Assembly (NCBI GenBank): GCA_050084985.1 | Contig: JBITNC010000001.1 | Coordinates: 118,668,001 to 118,732,000 of the forward strand | Direction: 5' to 3' | DNA length: 64,000 bases | Source: Nageia nagi | Taxonomy: Eukaryota; Plantae; Pinophyta | Shown here: piece after piece, positions 28,371 to 42,238 of the stretch | Position numbering within the stretch: the stretch's first letter is position 1 | Layout: every line of letters starts with the position of its first letter | Made by a program: the position numbers and the translations under genes | Notes under the pieces: model-generated | Told to the model about the DNA's origin: nothing | The model's input: the letters and a program-made list of their open reading frames with translations, nothing else | Databases searched by the model: none

Positions 28371-30067
28371 TGTTGAACTACATGTTACACTAAGAGGGGG
28401 GTGAATTAGTGTATTTAAATTTAAAACTTCAAACCCAAAAACTTTAAACAATGCAATAGAAAGATAAAACTAAATTGAACAAACACATAAGAGAATATCA
28501 CACAATAGAAGATATAATGAGGTTCACTAATGTGGCTACATCCATGAATAAGACTACATGGAATCCAATCCAAATCCAACCATTGTAAAGCACTAATTTT
28601 ACACATAATTTACTAGCACCAACTAGAAGGATCACAAACTATAAGGAGCACCAAATCCTCTTGAAAAGCACCCACTTGATAGATTCAATAAGATACGATT
28701 AAGGATTAATAACTAGTTACCTAATACCCAAAATGATCTAGCTCAAAACACTTCTACACACAACCACAATTTGAATCTATCTCTTCAATATTTCCTTCTT
28801 ATTCCAAAATTCACCACACTCTTCTATAGCTTTAACCTTTTTATTCATCCTCACTCACTCTTCACACCTGTCAACTAGAAAACCCCAAAATGATCAAAGA
28901 AACTATTCCTAAAACCATTGGAAGGACTATCATTATTCAAATCAAGAAAATGCTTCACATTCTAATTCGACATTGATATGATTTTTCATGCACGTTTATA
29001 ACACTCAAAATTTGTAGAACTATAAAGAACCATTCATTGTAGACACATCTATTACTCACACATACTTCACACACTACTCAAGATCATACTACACTACCAA
29101 TACACAAACCTAGAAAAATCTAAATATTGTAGAACTAGTTCATGATAATACAATGATTGCACTCAAAATGCATTTTCTAAGTCCATATGATATGAAATGG
29201 TATTACAATTTCTTTATAGATAATCAATCATCTCTAAAAGCTTGTATTTATATTTTATATTACTAAGACTCTCCAAACTCAATTGGGAGTGTAATATATT
29301 TTAACAAGAAATAAAAACATATACTCAAAAATAATAATAAGCATTTTTTCAAATATTTCACAACCAAAATTGGGTTCAACACATAGCCAAAATTTATGTC
29401 TTGTCATTTCATCAAACACTTACCAAGCATCCTTGTTCATTGACTTCTAAACCTTGGATTAAGATGAACCAAAAATTAAAGTTGTGAGATTTTTCATGTT
29501 GATTAAAAATCTATAATAAAAAATCAAATATCTCAAATCAAACTCATGGAATTCCTTTTTTTTCTTTGCTATCCCAAAAAGTACACCAAACTGCAAAAAG
29601 TTACTAAGTGGAATTTTGTAACTTGTACCATTTGTACCTTGGTCATAATCTTGTTATGAAATTTGTACCACACATTCTTGGTATGTATTACTATATATGA
29701 GTTAAATTTTAGCCTTTGAATCAATAATATTTGCTCATAATTTGACTACATGGAATCAATTTCACACAAATTTTTGACTATTCAAAAATCCATAAGTGTG
29801 CCTAAAAATAACCAACATGAAATTTGACCATTCCAATGCTACACACAAGTTTTTTTATCAATCCAACAACTTATTCTAGTTTTCCTTCACCTTCCATTTA
29901 CATTTTGGCCCTCTTGACCACTTTTGGTCTCTTTGTCATTTTTGTGTTCGACAAATTTACAAATCCTATTGACATCATTTCTTTGACACATGCAATCATG
30001 TGGACCATATGCACATTGATCTCATAGTATTGATAATAATGAAAACATCACTACATCATACTCAATA
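28371..30067 (-). repeat. 5' LTR of Copia
   Basis: TGTTGAACTAC...CTCAATA; collinear with 22077-23826. Confidence 0.93.
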
Positions 30068-30384
30068 TATTAAAGAGTATCTAATTAATTAGATGAACAT
30101 TATGAAATGGATTATAGGAAACAAAATTCTTTTAAGTCATAATCCTGAGGAACTCCTAATTATGGGGGATAATGATGATAATAATGAGGAGAAATTTTGG
30201 TAATTTATTACCAAAGGGTTGACAATATGCTCAATGCAAGAGAAGAGACTTGATGCTAGTGCAAAGTACAATAGGAAATCATTTCAAAAAAATACCATGT
30301 ATAGAAATTATAATCTCCTAGCCATGCGAAGAGTTCACCTTAAAATAAAAACCATAGTAGAAATTTTCAACCAAGGTGGTAATA

Positions 30385-32300
30385 ATGGATGGCACTTTGG
30401 TTTTTATAAATCCAAGTGACCCATAGAAGGTGAGAAAGGATCTAAATGTATAGAGGATTCTCTATAGAGGGGAGATCAATAAATTTATAGAGGCATGTTA
30501 TGGTTTAGATAGACATTTAGTTGATTACGTGGTTAACTTTTGGGAGAATGGAGTTTGTAAAATTCATGGCAGAGAGATTTTCTTCAATGTTGATTCAATT
30601 AGAAATGCCAATGGTCTACCTAATAGGGGTATGTAGGTCAGGAGAAACCCAAAAGTTAGTAAATTGGAGAATTTAGAAAATTTGAGGTTGAGAATTTTGA
30701 GCTTAAACCTTATAGAAAAGGGTATTACCAAAGTAGCTTGCCATATCCCTGGAATAAGGTATGCAAGGCTATAATGAAGTATATAACTCTTGATGGGAGG
30801 AATGTAAAGGTTTTTGGTACCCATAATATCCTTCTCAATCAATTTGAATTTACAAGAGAAAGGGTAAATCTAGTGTAATTTGCTAATTTTTCAGTGAGGG
30901 TCTCTGTGGCTAAATGTAAACTAAATCCTAAATTAGTTCCTCTACATCAAATAGTAATGCTCCTTATATCTACGCACTAACTAGCATAACATATTTAGAA
31001 TCAACCTCAAGACCATAATGAAACTCCAAAACATCAACCTCATGAGGGAACAAATGAGGGAGAAGGCCTCGGGGAAAGAGTAAAGGACACAAAAGAAAGG
31101 GTTGTAGTCTAAGACATGGAGGTAAATTCAATGATAGAAATTTAAGAGATAGAATTAATGCTCATGAAATAGAAGATGGAATCCAAACTATGGGCTATAC
31201 AGTAGAAAATAAGGTTAAGGAGATGAAGTATTTTAGGAGAAATGATAAATAAGTGGGGGAAAAGAGTGGTACCCATGATATAAATTTTGAAGATAATATT
31301 GGGAACTCAAAAGAAGGAGATAATGCAAATGAGACTAAAATAGAGAATGATTTCAAAGATATGAATACTGAGAATAATGTTGATCTAATTAAAGGATGTA
31401 AACATACAGACACAAATGAGGGGGTTAAAGATACTAACAAGAAGATAGAAGGCAATATTTAGGAGCCAAATCAAGGGGTCTAGACTAAGTAAAATGAAGC
31501 CTTGCCATTAAACTAAGATGTAGAAGAGGAGGATAGGCCTATCCTCTTTAGGTGCTTAAAGCAAAGAAGAATTGAAACACAAAATAAGTTTAAAAGGGAA
31601 GAGGAAAATGAAGCACCATAACATAAGTAGGATAAAAGGAATCAAGATCATCAAGATTATACATAGAATCAAAATAAAGTGGTAAGAATGTAGAGTAAAT
31701 GCAGAAGAAGAACCCACTCCATGTAAACAGAGGATAAAGGAAAAGGTATGTAAAATTCTCAACCCCACTTTGAAACTAGATATTCTAGCCCCATTCAAAT
31801 ATAGGGTATCCCCACTAGGGATAACAACCCCTTTGGTCCTACTCCTGGCCATGACCCCTATCCAAATAAAAATCCACCTTCCACCCTAATAAAAAATAAC
31901 ATGAAACCAAATATATTCCCATCACCTACTCTAGGTGAATTAAAATAAAGATCGTTGATAAGGATCCCCAACCTAAGGAAAATTATACTACTTTCTCAAT
32001 TACTCAAGAACCACTAGAAGAGGTCACAATTGTTGAGAATCACCCTAGTAAGGATCCAATTTCCTAGCCTTTAAGTTCCCCCTCCCAACATTTTATTTCT
32101 CTTTATACACCTCAACACTAGTTAACTCCTAGATCATTCAAAAAATTCAAGATTAAGCCATTCGGATGCCTAAAAATATTCCTCTTCATAATTAAATGCT
32201 TGCAAAAGTTGAAATTTGCTAAGGGGGTCCTCATGTTAACTTTGAATCTCTCTCAATTTTTCAATGTATGAAAGGAACAAACTAACAAAATAAAAGCTTG
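30385..32300 (+). pseudogene. Degenerate ORF of unknown function downstream of LINE ORF2 (possible transposon-associated extra ORF)
   Basis: From ATG 30385: MDGTLVFINPSDP*KVRKDLNV*RILYRGEINKFIEACYGLDRHLVDYVVNFWENGVCKIHGREIFFNVDSIRNANGLPNRG; after a frameshift LPYPWNKVCKAIMKYITLDGRNVKVFGTHNILLNQF; then acidic and Pro-rich low-complexity sequence. End approximate. Confidence 0.5.
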
Positions 32301-35300
32301 ATGCACAAAAAGAGGATGCGGAAAAGGATATACTATAAATTCTATAAATATAATTATAAACAACTTCAAGGAAAATGGATGTCAATCCTTTTCATCTGGA
32401 TGAAAGGAAATCTCAAAGTTATTGGCATAATGTATTCAAGATAATCAAGGATACCATCTCACCATACTTCAATTATGGGATATACTTCACACCAAAACCT
32501 CTGCAAAAGGTTATAACTGATAGCACAACTAACTTAGAATGAAAGGTAACATGCATAATGTTAATTAGGAGTTCCAAATTTTAATGGAGTAATAATATTT
32601 TTTGGAGTTTGAATCATAAAGGGCTTCATTTTATCAGAGACTATACAAAGCATATTCAATTGAATAGACAAAGTCTTAGCTACACACAATGCTATGTTTT
32701 ATCCCTAGCAAAAGTTGTTATGTTGCAATATATTATTATGTATCAAATGAATCTTATCCTTATACAATATATCACTATTAATAGTTTGAATATTTTTCTT
32801 ATGTGTCATCTTAGATCTTATGTCTATGCTAGAGACAAAGTCATATGCATTTAGTAATCTACTCTTTTTGTAAAAGGTTTCCAATGGCCTTTCAAAACTC
32901 AATTTTTTTATTAATGTCAAATTTCCTAGCTTGTTTTAATAAAAAAAAAACTATTAAGTTTTGTTCCATTTCTATGTCTTTTATTATTATTTTACACAAA
33001 TGATACTTTTTATATTACTTATAATTCACATATTTAGTTGTTAGTATCAACATCTCCACTTAGCAAAAAAAAGGATGGAAATGCAACCACATCGATGCTC
33101 ATGGTTAGTTTGAAAAAATAAATTGATGGTCATAGGGTTTAACATGTTGGTATCAGAAAGGACCTAGAGACATAACCTCTTAAAGGTAGAAAAACTATCA
33201 AAATCACAAAGTATTTTCATGGATTCCTATATAATATACTTCCTTTTGGTTTCTATGAGACCCTTAATATTTCATGAATGAAAATTCATAGAGTAAACTA
33301 GTGAATTGTATGGTTATGTTATCAAGATTATTTATAACTTCATAACTAATTTAAAACTAAACTTCTTCTTCCTCTAGTTTGTATCTTTCTAAATACATTA
33401 TTGGTATGAATAGTTTCTAGTTTTCATATACAAACTCCTTTTCTTCCTCCTAAAATACTAGGTTGCAAGAGTTTTTTTTTGGTAGCTAAGGTAGAGGGTG
33501 GAAAGGATTTTAGCTAATACTTGATTATATTAGTTATGTTTTTAGGTTTTACAAAGAATTATTTGACCATATCATGTGGATTATTTCAATCAATAAATTT
33601 AATGTTTGAAAGTTGATCTTGAATAGGATCTTTTCCCTTAGTACCTAGTTTGGGAAAAGAGAAATTTGATGGTGAGGGTACTTTGCTTTGCATTCAAGTA
33701 TAAACTATACCAAAGGTCTCAATATCAACCTAGCTTACCACCAAAATTCTAGTGTTGCAATAATATTTTTGGTTAATTAGAATTAGCTTTTCATTTTCAA
33801 CATCATAAGTGGATAGAGCTTTAACATGCTTAGAAGCAATCTTAGATCTCTAACTAGACATCAAGTGAGATCCAAGTTTTCATTTAGTAGATCTAAGTGT
33901 TTGTTCAGTAGATTACCATTGAAAATTATTGTTAGGAAAGTTAAGGTATATCACCTATTAGATGATATATTGATAACCAATTTAAATTCTCATATTTTCC
34001 TTTAAACCTTTGGAGAGATAACTACCACATTTACTCTCTTATAATGATGAGCATAAAAGAAATTTTCAATCTTGACACATTAACTTTTCTTATGGAGGAG
34101 GCAATAGGAGTAATTTAAAACCAAAATGGTAATGGTAATATAGGAACTTCCAACCAAACTAAAATACATTTCACTTATTCCTAAAAAATAACAAAGTGTT
34201 ATATCCATGGATTAAACAACAATAATGAGTTATGAACATACAAGGAATTATGTTACTAAATGTCTTAGGCATGTTTTAGTTTCAAAAATGAAATATAAAA
34301 TAAACTTAAGATATTGTAAGGCTCCTAATTGAATCCCATGAGGGGCCTAAGTAGATTTGGTTCAACCACTGAGAATAGAATTAGGGGAGGTTCTACCAAA
34401 AAAATAACCTACTTATCAGAATAAAAAATATAACAAGACAACTAAAATAGGAAGAATTACACTACAAACTACCTTAAGTATGAGATTGCATGATTGTGTA
34501 TTTGATTCTATTGATATTCATAACTCCTTCAATTAAACTAACATCTTTTATTTTCTCTTTTGTGGGATACATTTTAAATAAAAGGACACACTTCAAGGTG
34601 ATGTAATATCTTATTGATACCACCTATAACCTGTAGTATGAATTACCTAATCCAATGCAAAATGGTATGAATACAAGGTTCAAAAATTTTGGTTAGAGAA
34701 ACTTAAAGCCACATTAACCTAATTCAATTTTTACAATGATTTAAAAATATTATTTGATATAGGAAAAATTGAAATTCAACTATTTTTCCCAAAATAATGG
34801 TTATCACTATATGTTAATTCTAAAACTAAAATCCATTTTAATGTGTTTTTACAAGATATGGCCCATATTTACATATCCTTGTGGATCATTGGGTGAATGC
34901 TCCAAGAATGGTTGCTTACATCCTTCCTTCCTCCCCATCATATTCATAATGGTCCAAAGGGAATAAATGTTATTAAATCTTGGCCTTATAATCTCTTCAT
35001 CGAAGTGTATAAAATATATGTAAGGATTAGCACCACTCACAATATGATCTACCTCATACTTATGACTAGAGAACTCAATGGTAACACATCAATAGTAATA
35101 AAGACAAGTTACCACTCCTTAGGGTCACCATCCTCTTGAAGAAAGATGTTAAAGATAACCAACTAGTTGATCCTATTGGTCAAGGTGCTAAGTCAAATTG
35201 GGATCTTGGTTCGAATACCCTTTGTCCACTCAAATGGTATGGAAATCCCTTGGATGCATACGCACCATCTACCTTTTTCTTTATTATTGTAGAAAATTAA

Positions 35301-38300
35301 ACACATTCTTATGTGTTCCTCTTTCTCTCCTAAGTTTAACAGGTTTTACACCTAAGTGTATACTATAGGGTGTGATTTTATATCCTCTTTTTTATGTGAA
35401 TAAGTGTAATATATTACTTGTAAAAAATATAATATGATTAGTACGTTTTAATTATTTTTTTTAATATTGTATAAATAAAAACATATTATTAAAATTTTAA
35501 CTTGATATGAAAAGAAAATATAACCTTGAATATGGTGTGATAAACCTTCTTAAAAATATCATGATAAAATGTGTAAATATCATGATGATCTTTTGGTATT
35601 ACTCTTTGATATTTTGTTATTACAAAAAAAATTAGTGCAGTAATTTAAAAAACTTTGGGGCAATTTCATTAGAGTTACTATGTTCATTTGTTATGCATAA
35701 TTGAGAAAATAACTAAATGATTCATATGCAATGAATACTTTATACAAGTTAAAGGCACATTAAAACTATTAACAAATTAATAAAATAAAAAGGGGAGAGG
35801 AAAACAATTTTTAAATTGAATAGGCTCTTATTCATTCATTACTTGCATGTTATTATTTAAAACATATATTATTTTTTAGGGGATAATTGGAGAGCCTAGG
35901 CGAGAAGAAGTATAAGTTTTAATTGGATACAAACACTACATGCACTAGTTTGCTTTATTATCCTTTCCAAACTTGTCTTATTGCGTAGTCTATCTTTAAT
36001 TTGACTTCAAAGGATTTATTGCTCTTTATGATTGTTCCTTCTCCATATGTGGCCCAATAGATTGATGAGAATGTAAGAGGGAGAAATGCGAACGGAACCC
36101 AATGTGAATAAGCATAGAAAGAAGTTTATCCCCAAGGTATACAAGAAGGTAATGTTATTACCCTTGATATCACCATCTCGTTGCTTGAATTTAATAATAA
36201 ATTCTCATGGTTAGAGAGTTACACATTATTGGATACTTCTTAGCATTTATTCTCTCTAATTCAGTTCTCATAACCTAGATTCATAATTATTGGAAGTCAT
36301 ATGGTATATTTATTAAACAAGAGTAGAACATTGATCACCAAAGGGTTCTTTCACTTTCATTTATTACAATTGGATAAGTTTCAATAAGCTTTGAATAAGG
36401 ATCCTTTCTATGTGCATAACACCCTACTTATTTATCAACCCTACATTTGTAATGATATCTTTTTCTTTGTCTCCATTTAGGTTGAATTTATGGGTCTTTA
36501 TCTTTGCTTATGGCTCTTTGGGTGTAATATACAAAAAATAATAGGATTATTTTATTTTTGAAGAACCCACATACTTTAACATGGATATAGGCCTAATAGA
36601 TGCATGTGTTTCAAAGTTGACTAGGCCCAAAAACTCTAAGAGTATGTTGTTATTCAAGTTAGTGATACTATCATACATCTAAAGTGATGTATATGAATTT
36701 GATGAACACCTGCTATCAATGCTAATTGGCTACTAGTAAGATAAATGACTACCCTCTAATGGTATATAATTTTAAAGCTAAAGGAGTGAACCCTACCACT
36801 CTATCTTTGAGTACTCCAACCCCTCCTAGTAAAGGTTCTAATGAAAAATGGACCATTATTTTCCTTAAAAAGGGGAATAATGGAAAAGCTCCTTAAGTTG
36901 GGAAAATTTCATCCAGCTACCCTTAAGTGGTGGCTATAAGCCATTATCACAAATGCAATCTAATTATCAAGCTCTTGTTGATACATAAGATAATATTTAG
37001 GGCCTATTGGGTGAGGATAGTATTCCCTTGATATTTAGAGTTATTCAATAGTTGGATGTTATAGAAGGAGATCATCCTCAAGGTTCAAGATCCCATAGCC
37101 CTTCTCAAGGAGACCCTTCCATCCATGTGGAAAAAGAAGATAAATTGATTTTTTGAAGAAGAATCATGAGATATTTATTAGTAATTATTTTTCAAATCTC
37201 TAGGGTTTGGTTGATTCCAAAGTGAGTAAAGGAGACATTCTCCTTGATAAATCATTATGATCTTTTTTTGTTAGAATGCAAAAAGGTTGATGGAGCAAGC
37301 TTGCAAAATATATGGTTTTCAATGAGTTTTCATTCTATGCTAGCTAGTACATATTTCAAATTTTTTTTTTTTTTTCAAGAGGTTAAAGTTGTTGACTTTG
37401 AGCTTCAATGTGCATGTTCTCTTATTTGGTTAGGTAGTCAAATGTACCACACTAATCATTCCCATGGAAGGGGGATAAATTTTCCTTTCATTGCAACCAA
37501 TGGAAAGATAACTTCTTTTTATTAGGGAGTGAACCTATCCAATCAACTTGTATGGGTTTTACTTAAAGATGAGGGAATATCTTTTTGCATTGTTAATATC
37601 TATGCATATAATAATGTTGAGAAGATGTGCAAACTTTGGAGATGGTGTATTCTCTCTATACCTCTAACAATATGGATGATTTGTGGGGATTTTAACATGA
37701 TTGAAGAAACTTCTAACATAGTTTGTTTTATCCCAAATAGATGGACTATTAGAGAGTGAGAAAATTGGTTCTTTAAGAAAATTTAAACAAATTAGGATTA
37801 TTAGACACCAATTCTTATTTTTCTTCATGCAATTTCCTAAAAATATCTTGTTTACATAGTCAGAGTTTCAAACTAACCCTATTATAATTTTAAAAAGGTT
37901 AGATAGAGCCATGATTTATGATCATTGTTAGTTTCATTTTCATATATGGTTTTATTTGGCACCTATTATTGAGCCGATTCTTGGTCCAATCACTTCTAAC
38001 CATATTCTCATTATGTTTTCTATGATCAGCTTTGCCATTCCTTTGAGGAACTTTAAAACTGAATTCTTCTTGAATACTTCCTTTTGTAAGCACTCATCTA
38101 TGATGAATCATATTTATTAGGTGTGGAATATATTCCCTCCACCTTCAACCATATAGGGGTGGATTTAATGGTATAATGATGCCATCACCTACACTATTGT
38201 CCTTCTTCATAGCATTAACAATAAATTTGTACAATTTCAATAATAACCCCTCATAGTTCTCAAAAGTGAACTTCCCTAAGCTTCCATTTGGCTTGAATCT

Positions 38301-38530
38301 AATCATCTCAATCTTCTCTTCAAGATTTGGCTACTTAAATTCCCCATGAGCTCTAAATTGTTGAAACATATGAAGAAAAGGGAGCCCTAATCAAAGTTCG
38401 AGTACATTATCTCAAAATTGGTGTTTGAATCATTAAATATTTTTTTCAAATATTTCAACCCCCCTATAAATCCACTCAATTCAAGACTATTCTAGATAAT
38501 GAGGTAAGACTTACTTCTCTTTCTGATATT

Positions 38531-40212
38531 TTTTGATAAAAGGTAAATGTATTATCAAAAAAGCTATGGGTTTTGATAAGATCCCAAAATCTATTACATT
38601 GTATCACATATTATTTCTAATGCTACTCGATGTTATTCAATAACCAAAATTCTTCTAAGATGCAGTTGTAAAGCATTCCCTGTCCAAGTCTAATTATGAG
38701 TTTCTTCCCATTGTTTGTAAACCATCCCCATACATCCATAGTGGTGGTAGGTATTTAGCTCTTATTTATCCTTTCATAGTTGGATTCTCCCATTTTGGTG
38801 CATCTTTTACTTTTACTTTGCTGATTTCTTAGTCCTCTTTCTTTCTAATACTTTCTTTATTTTTCTTTTATGTCTCATCTTCTTTTTTCATTTTTTCTTA
38901 TATTTTTTTGGCTTATTTCTCTTCTTTATCTTTTATTTTTTGAGTTATTTTTATCCAATATTTATCTATTTTCATTTATATTGCTTTGATTTCTTTTGGT
39001 TGTATATTTTCTTCATTTACATAGTTTTCTTACTATTCTTCTTTTGTACAAGTGATTTCTCCTACCTATAAGGCATCAAAAGAGACTTTTGTTTCAAAAT
39101 TAGTCTCTTTCATCCCCTATTGTCCCTTCACATTCTTTTGCTAATCTTAATTTTTATAATTATGCTTATGGATCATTTTCCAATAATTTTAATGTGTCTT
39201 TTTTGTTCATTTATCTTAACTTCTTCCAATTTTTCTTTCTTTCTTTCTTTCTAGACAATCCTTTACATAATGGTCAAATTGTTTATAGTAAGTGCACTAA
39301 AAAGGGAGATTCAAATACACCATCTCTTGTTACCATATGCCTCCATATTCTTCATCAATAAATATATTATTTTTTATCTCCTTTGAGATATCAATATTGA
39401 TGAAAAATTATGCATTAGTCATTTTGGTTTGCTCTCTTGTTCCTTTCTCTATTGAGATCAATTCCCCTAGTCCTTTGGCAATTCTTGATATCAAACTTGT
39501 ATCCTAGTATACCATTCACAAAATTAGAAGATTGATCCAAGTTATAATTAGGTTTAAATTCTCTATCTTAGGGTTGAAATATTTTTATCAATGTTTTAGA
39601 ATTAAACTTTTTTTTCCCAAAAACTAAGGGCTCAATTTTAACACTCTATTGATATCTTCTTCAAAGGAGAATTGGGAAAATATAAATTCTTTTGGGAGAG
39701 CAATTAATTCCACTCAACCTTTGATCTTCCAATTTTTGAACATCCATGTTCAAATTTTATCCATCCTTGGCTTGATTTCCATGAAACTTCTAATTAGGTA
39801 TTTAGACAATTTATTTCCTATTTAATAGTTTCACTTGGCACTATGATTTAAATTTCATTATCAACTATCCTTGCTTGAATGTCTACTTCTATTTCCTATT
39901 TAAGTTTCTCCCTATCTTGCATGTAAATTTTAATCCACTCAAGTGCTACCTTAGCATTTGACATATTTTTTGCTCCATTTATCATATGAAGTGGTGGAAA
40001 ATCTAACATAAGCTATTTTTGAGGCTCCTTATTAGGAACATTTTTACAGGGGGTGGATACATTTTCATCATGGTAGCACCCTAGTTCATGCATGCAATTA
40101 TGCCCTAGTTTGTTCGCTTTCTACTCTAATTTGCTTAAACTATAACTTAGTTATGCATCAACTTCATTATAGATTTTCTCACATGTAAAATATGCACCTA
40201 CTTCTCTTTATA
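38531..40212. mobile_element. Probable solo LTR inserted in LINE ORF2
   Basis: Absent from the duplicated LINE copy, which runs uninterrupted at 53040-53060; flanked by ATATT/GTATT near-TSD; termini TTTTGA..TTATA are consistent with a decayed TG..CA. Confidence 0.6.
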
Positions 40213-42238
40213 GTATTACTAAAGTATTTATTCAACATTATACACAAGTGTTTGCTTCCAGCCTTTCACCAAAGAAAGATAAAATGCTTTGCAAGTATGC
40301 TTAGAATCTATTCATACTAATGTATCCCCTTACCAAAGAGAAGAGTATGAAAACACCTTTCCATGGAGGATTTGGGAAATAATCTCTCTCAAATGGAAAA
40401 TGAGAAAGCTCCATGCATAAATGGCTTTCCTTGTGAATTTTAGAAAGCATGTTGGGATTTTATTCACTCTATCCTTCATAATGTTTAAATGTAAGCATTA
40501 ATAAAAGTTTCTCTTGGTCACAATATTAGTAGAAGGAATATCAAGTTTATTCCTAAGAAAGGGGATCCAGAAATCATCACTAATAAGACTTTTGAATGAT
40601 AGTTATAAGATAATTGCTAAAGCTTTATCTTTGAGGCTCATAACTCTTCAACCTCTTATTGTTAGAACATAACAAATTGGTTTCATTAAAGGCTATTATA
40701 TTCTAGATAATGTCTTAGTAGTTTAGGAGGATATGGAATGGGCCAAAAGGTTAAATGAACAACATGCTATTTTCATAAAAATAGAGATTTAAAAGCCTAT
40801 GATCAGATATAATAATTTTTTATTCTTTCCATGCTTCAAGCTTTGGGATTCTATCCTTAATTTGTTCAAATTACTAAAATACCTTTTCAATATGCCTTTG
40901 GGATTATTTCTATAAATAATTCTTAATCAAAGGAAATTGGGCTTGATAGATTTATCTAACAAGGTTTCCTAGTTGCACCCTTACTATATATGCTTATTAT
41001 TGAAGCATTTGGTTATCTATTAGCCAAACAAGAATCCCTCAATAGACTTTGCAAAATTTCCCTCCTCATATTGAAGGCCAAGTCATCAATGGGTACTTTG
41101 TTAATGATTCATTTCTCATAATTTAGGAGTATGATTAATATCTATCAAAGGTCTTGGATTGTCTTGATATCTTTTGTAAAGATTCTACTTCTAGCATTCA
41201 ATGGAAAAAATTTCCATGCTTTAGGGAATTTTTGTTTGTCATGTCATCATGGTTGGAAGGATCGCTATGGCATCGGATCTAGTTGGGGGAATGTTTAAAT
41301 TCTAGGGCATTCATTTTTCCTTCCAAGGAAAGCCCTCTTAGCTTTGGACTTTCTTTAGGTAAAGAAGAAATTTGAATATTAGACTTATAAAAAACTTTCC
41401 CTTGTGGGGAAGTTCTAAATATACTCTAAAGTTCTTACTATCACTCATGTATATTATTACTCCTATTGGGTGCCTTTTTAGGCATGTTATAACAAATTAG
41501 ATAAGATCTTATGATATTTCTTATAGTCTAACTCTCTAAACCATAAGGGTCTTCATAGAGTTGCCTACAAAAATTGTTGTATCCCTACAAAGTTTGGGGG
41601 CATAGGAATATTTGATTGTAAAGGATAAGGAATTTCTCTTTGCACCAAATACATAATCAGAAAAATGCAAGGTTGTGAAGCTTGAAAAATTTAATTATAT
41701 ATTTCATTTCATTTAGGTTACCATTTAATAAAAGGGCTTGGAGAGGAACATAATTTCCTTTTATGATTGTCATGCCATTATTTATCAAAATCCATGGTTT
41801 ATTTGTTAGTATATGTATATGGAAAGCTGGGTAGTAGCTCACACCTTGATTAATATGGAATGATAGTGATTTCCTTAAAGGACTTTCCATCAATTTTCAC
41901 AATTTATGGTAGTATTGAGTTCTCTCTTTGCAAGGCTCCATTCTTGCTTGAACTTAATGGATTCATGCTAGAAATTTTTTCAAATGAGGTATTAGCTCTA
42001 TTGTTGAATTCTTTCCAATAGCTACTCAGTACTAGATTCCATGGAAAGTGTTTAATGGACTTTCAAGTTGAACAATACATATAAAATAATATATGATCCA
42101 ATTATTAAAATTTCTCCTTTCTACATTGCTTCATAAAATTAGAGCAAGGACCCAAAAATGATGGTGGAAGGATTAAAATTGGTATATGAAAAATCCATTT
42201 CATAATTACAAGGCCATTCTTACTTATTTATGCTTTCT

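Larger units (their letters stand above)
22077..30067 (-). mobile_element. Ty1/Copia LTR retrotransposon, SIRE/Maximus-like, internally deleted (RNase H missing)
   Basis: ~1.7-kb LTRs; TSD GATTA/TATTA (one mismatch); Met-tRNA PBS; gag ORF pieces 28046-28306 and 27587-27907; GAG-pre-integrase LWHKRLGH (25666-26097); RT WELVPRPKNKNVIGTKW (24565-24750); several PPT-like tracts at 23828-23925. Confidence 0.93.

Noticed and set aside
32300-35880. Possible further TE fragments (LINE ORF1-like VWLEVP on the minus strand at ~34150; LTR-like sequence 34770-35400; TGGTATCAGA at ~33148)
   Set aside because: Too degenerate to assign boundaries or class by eye.
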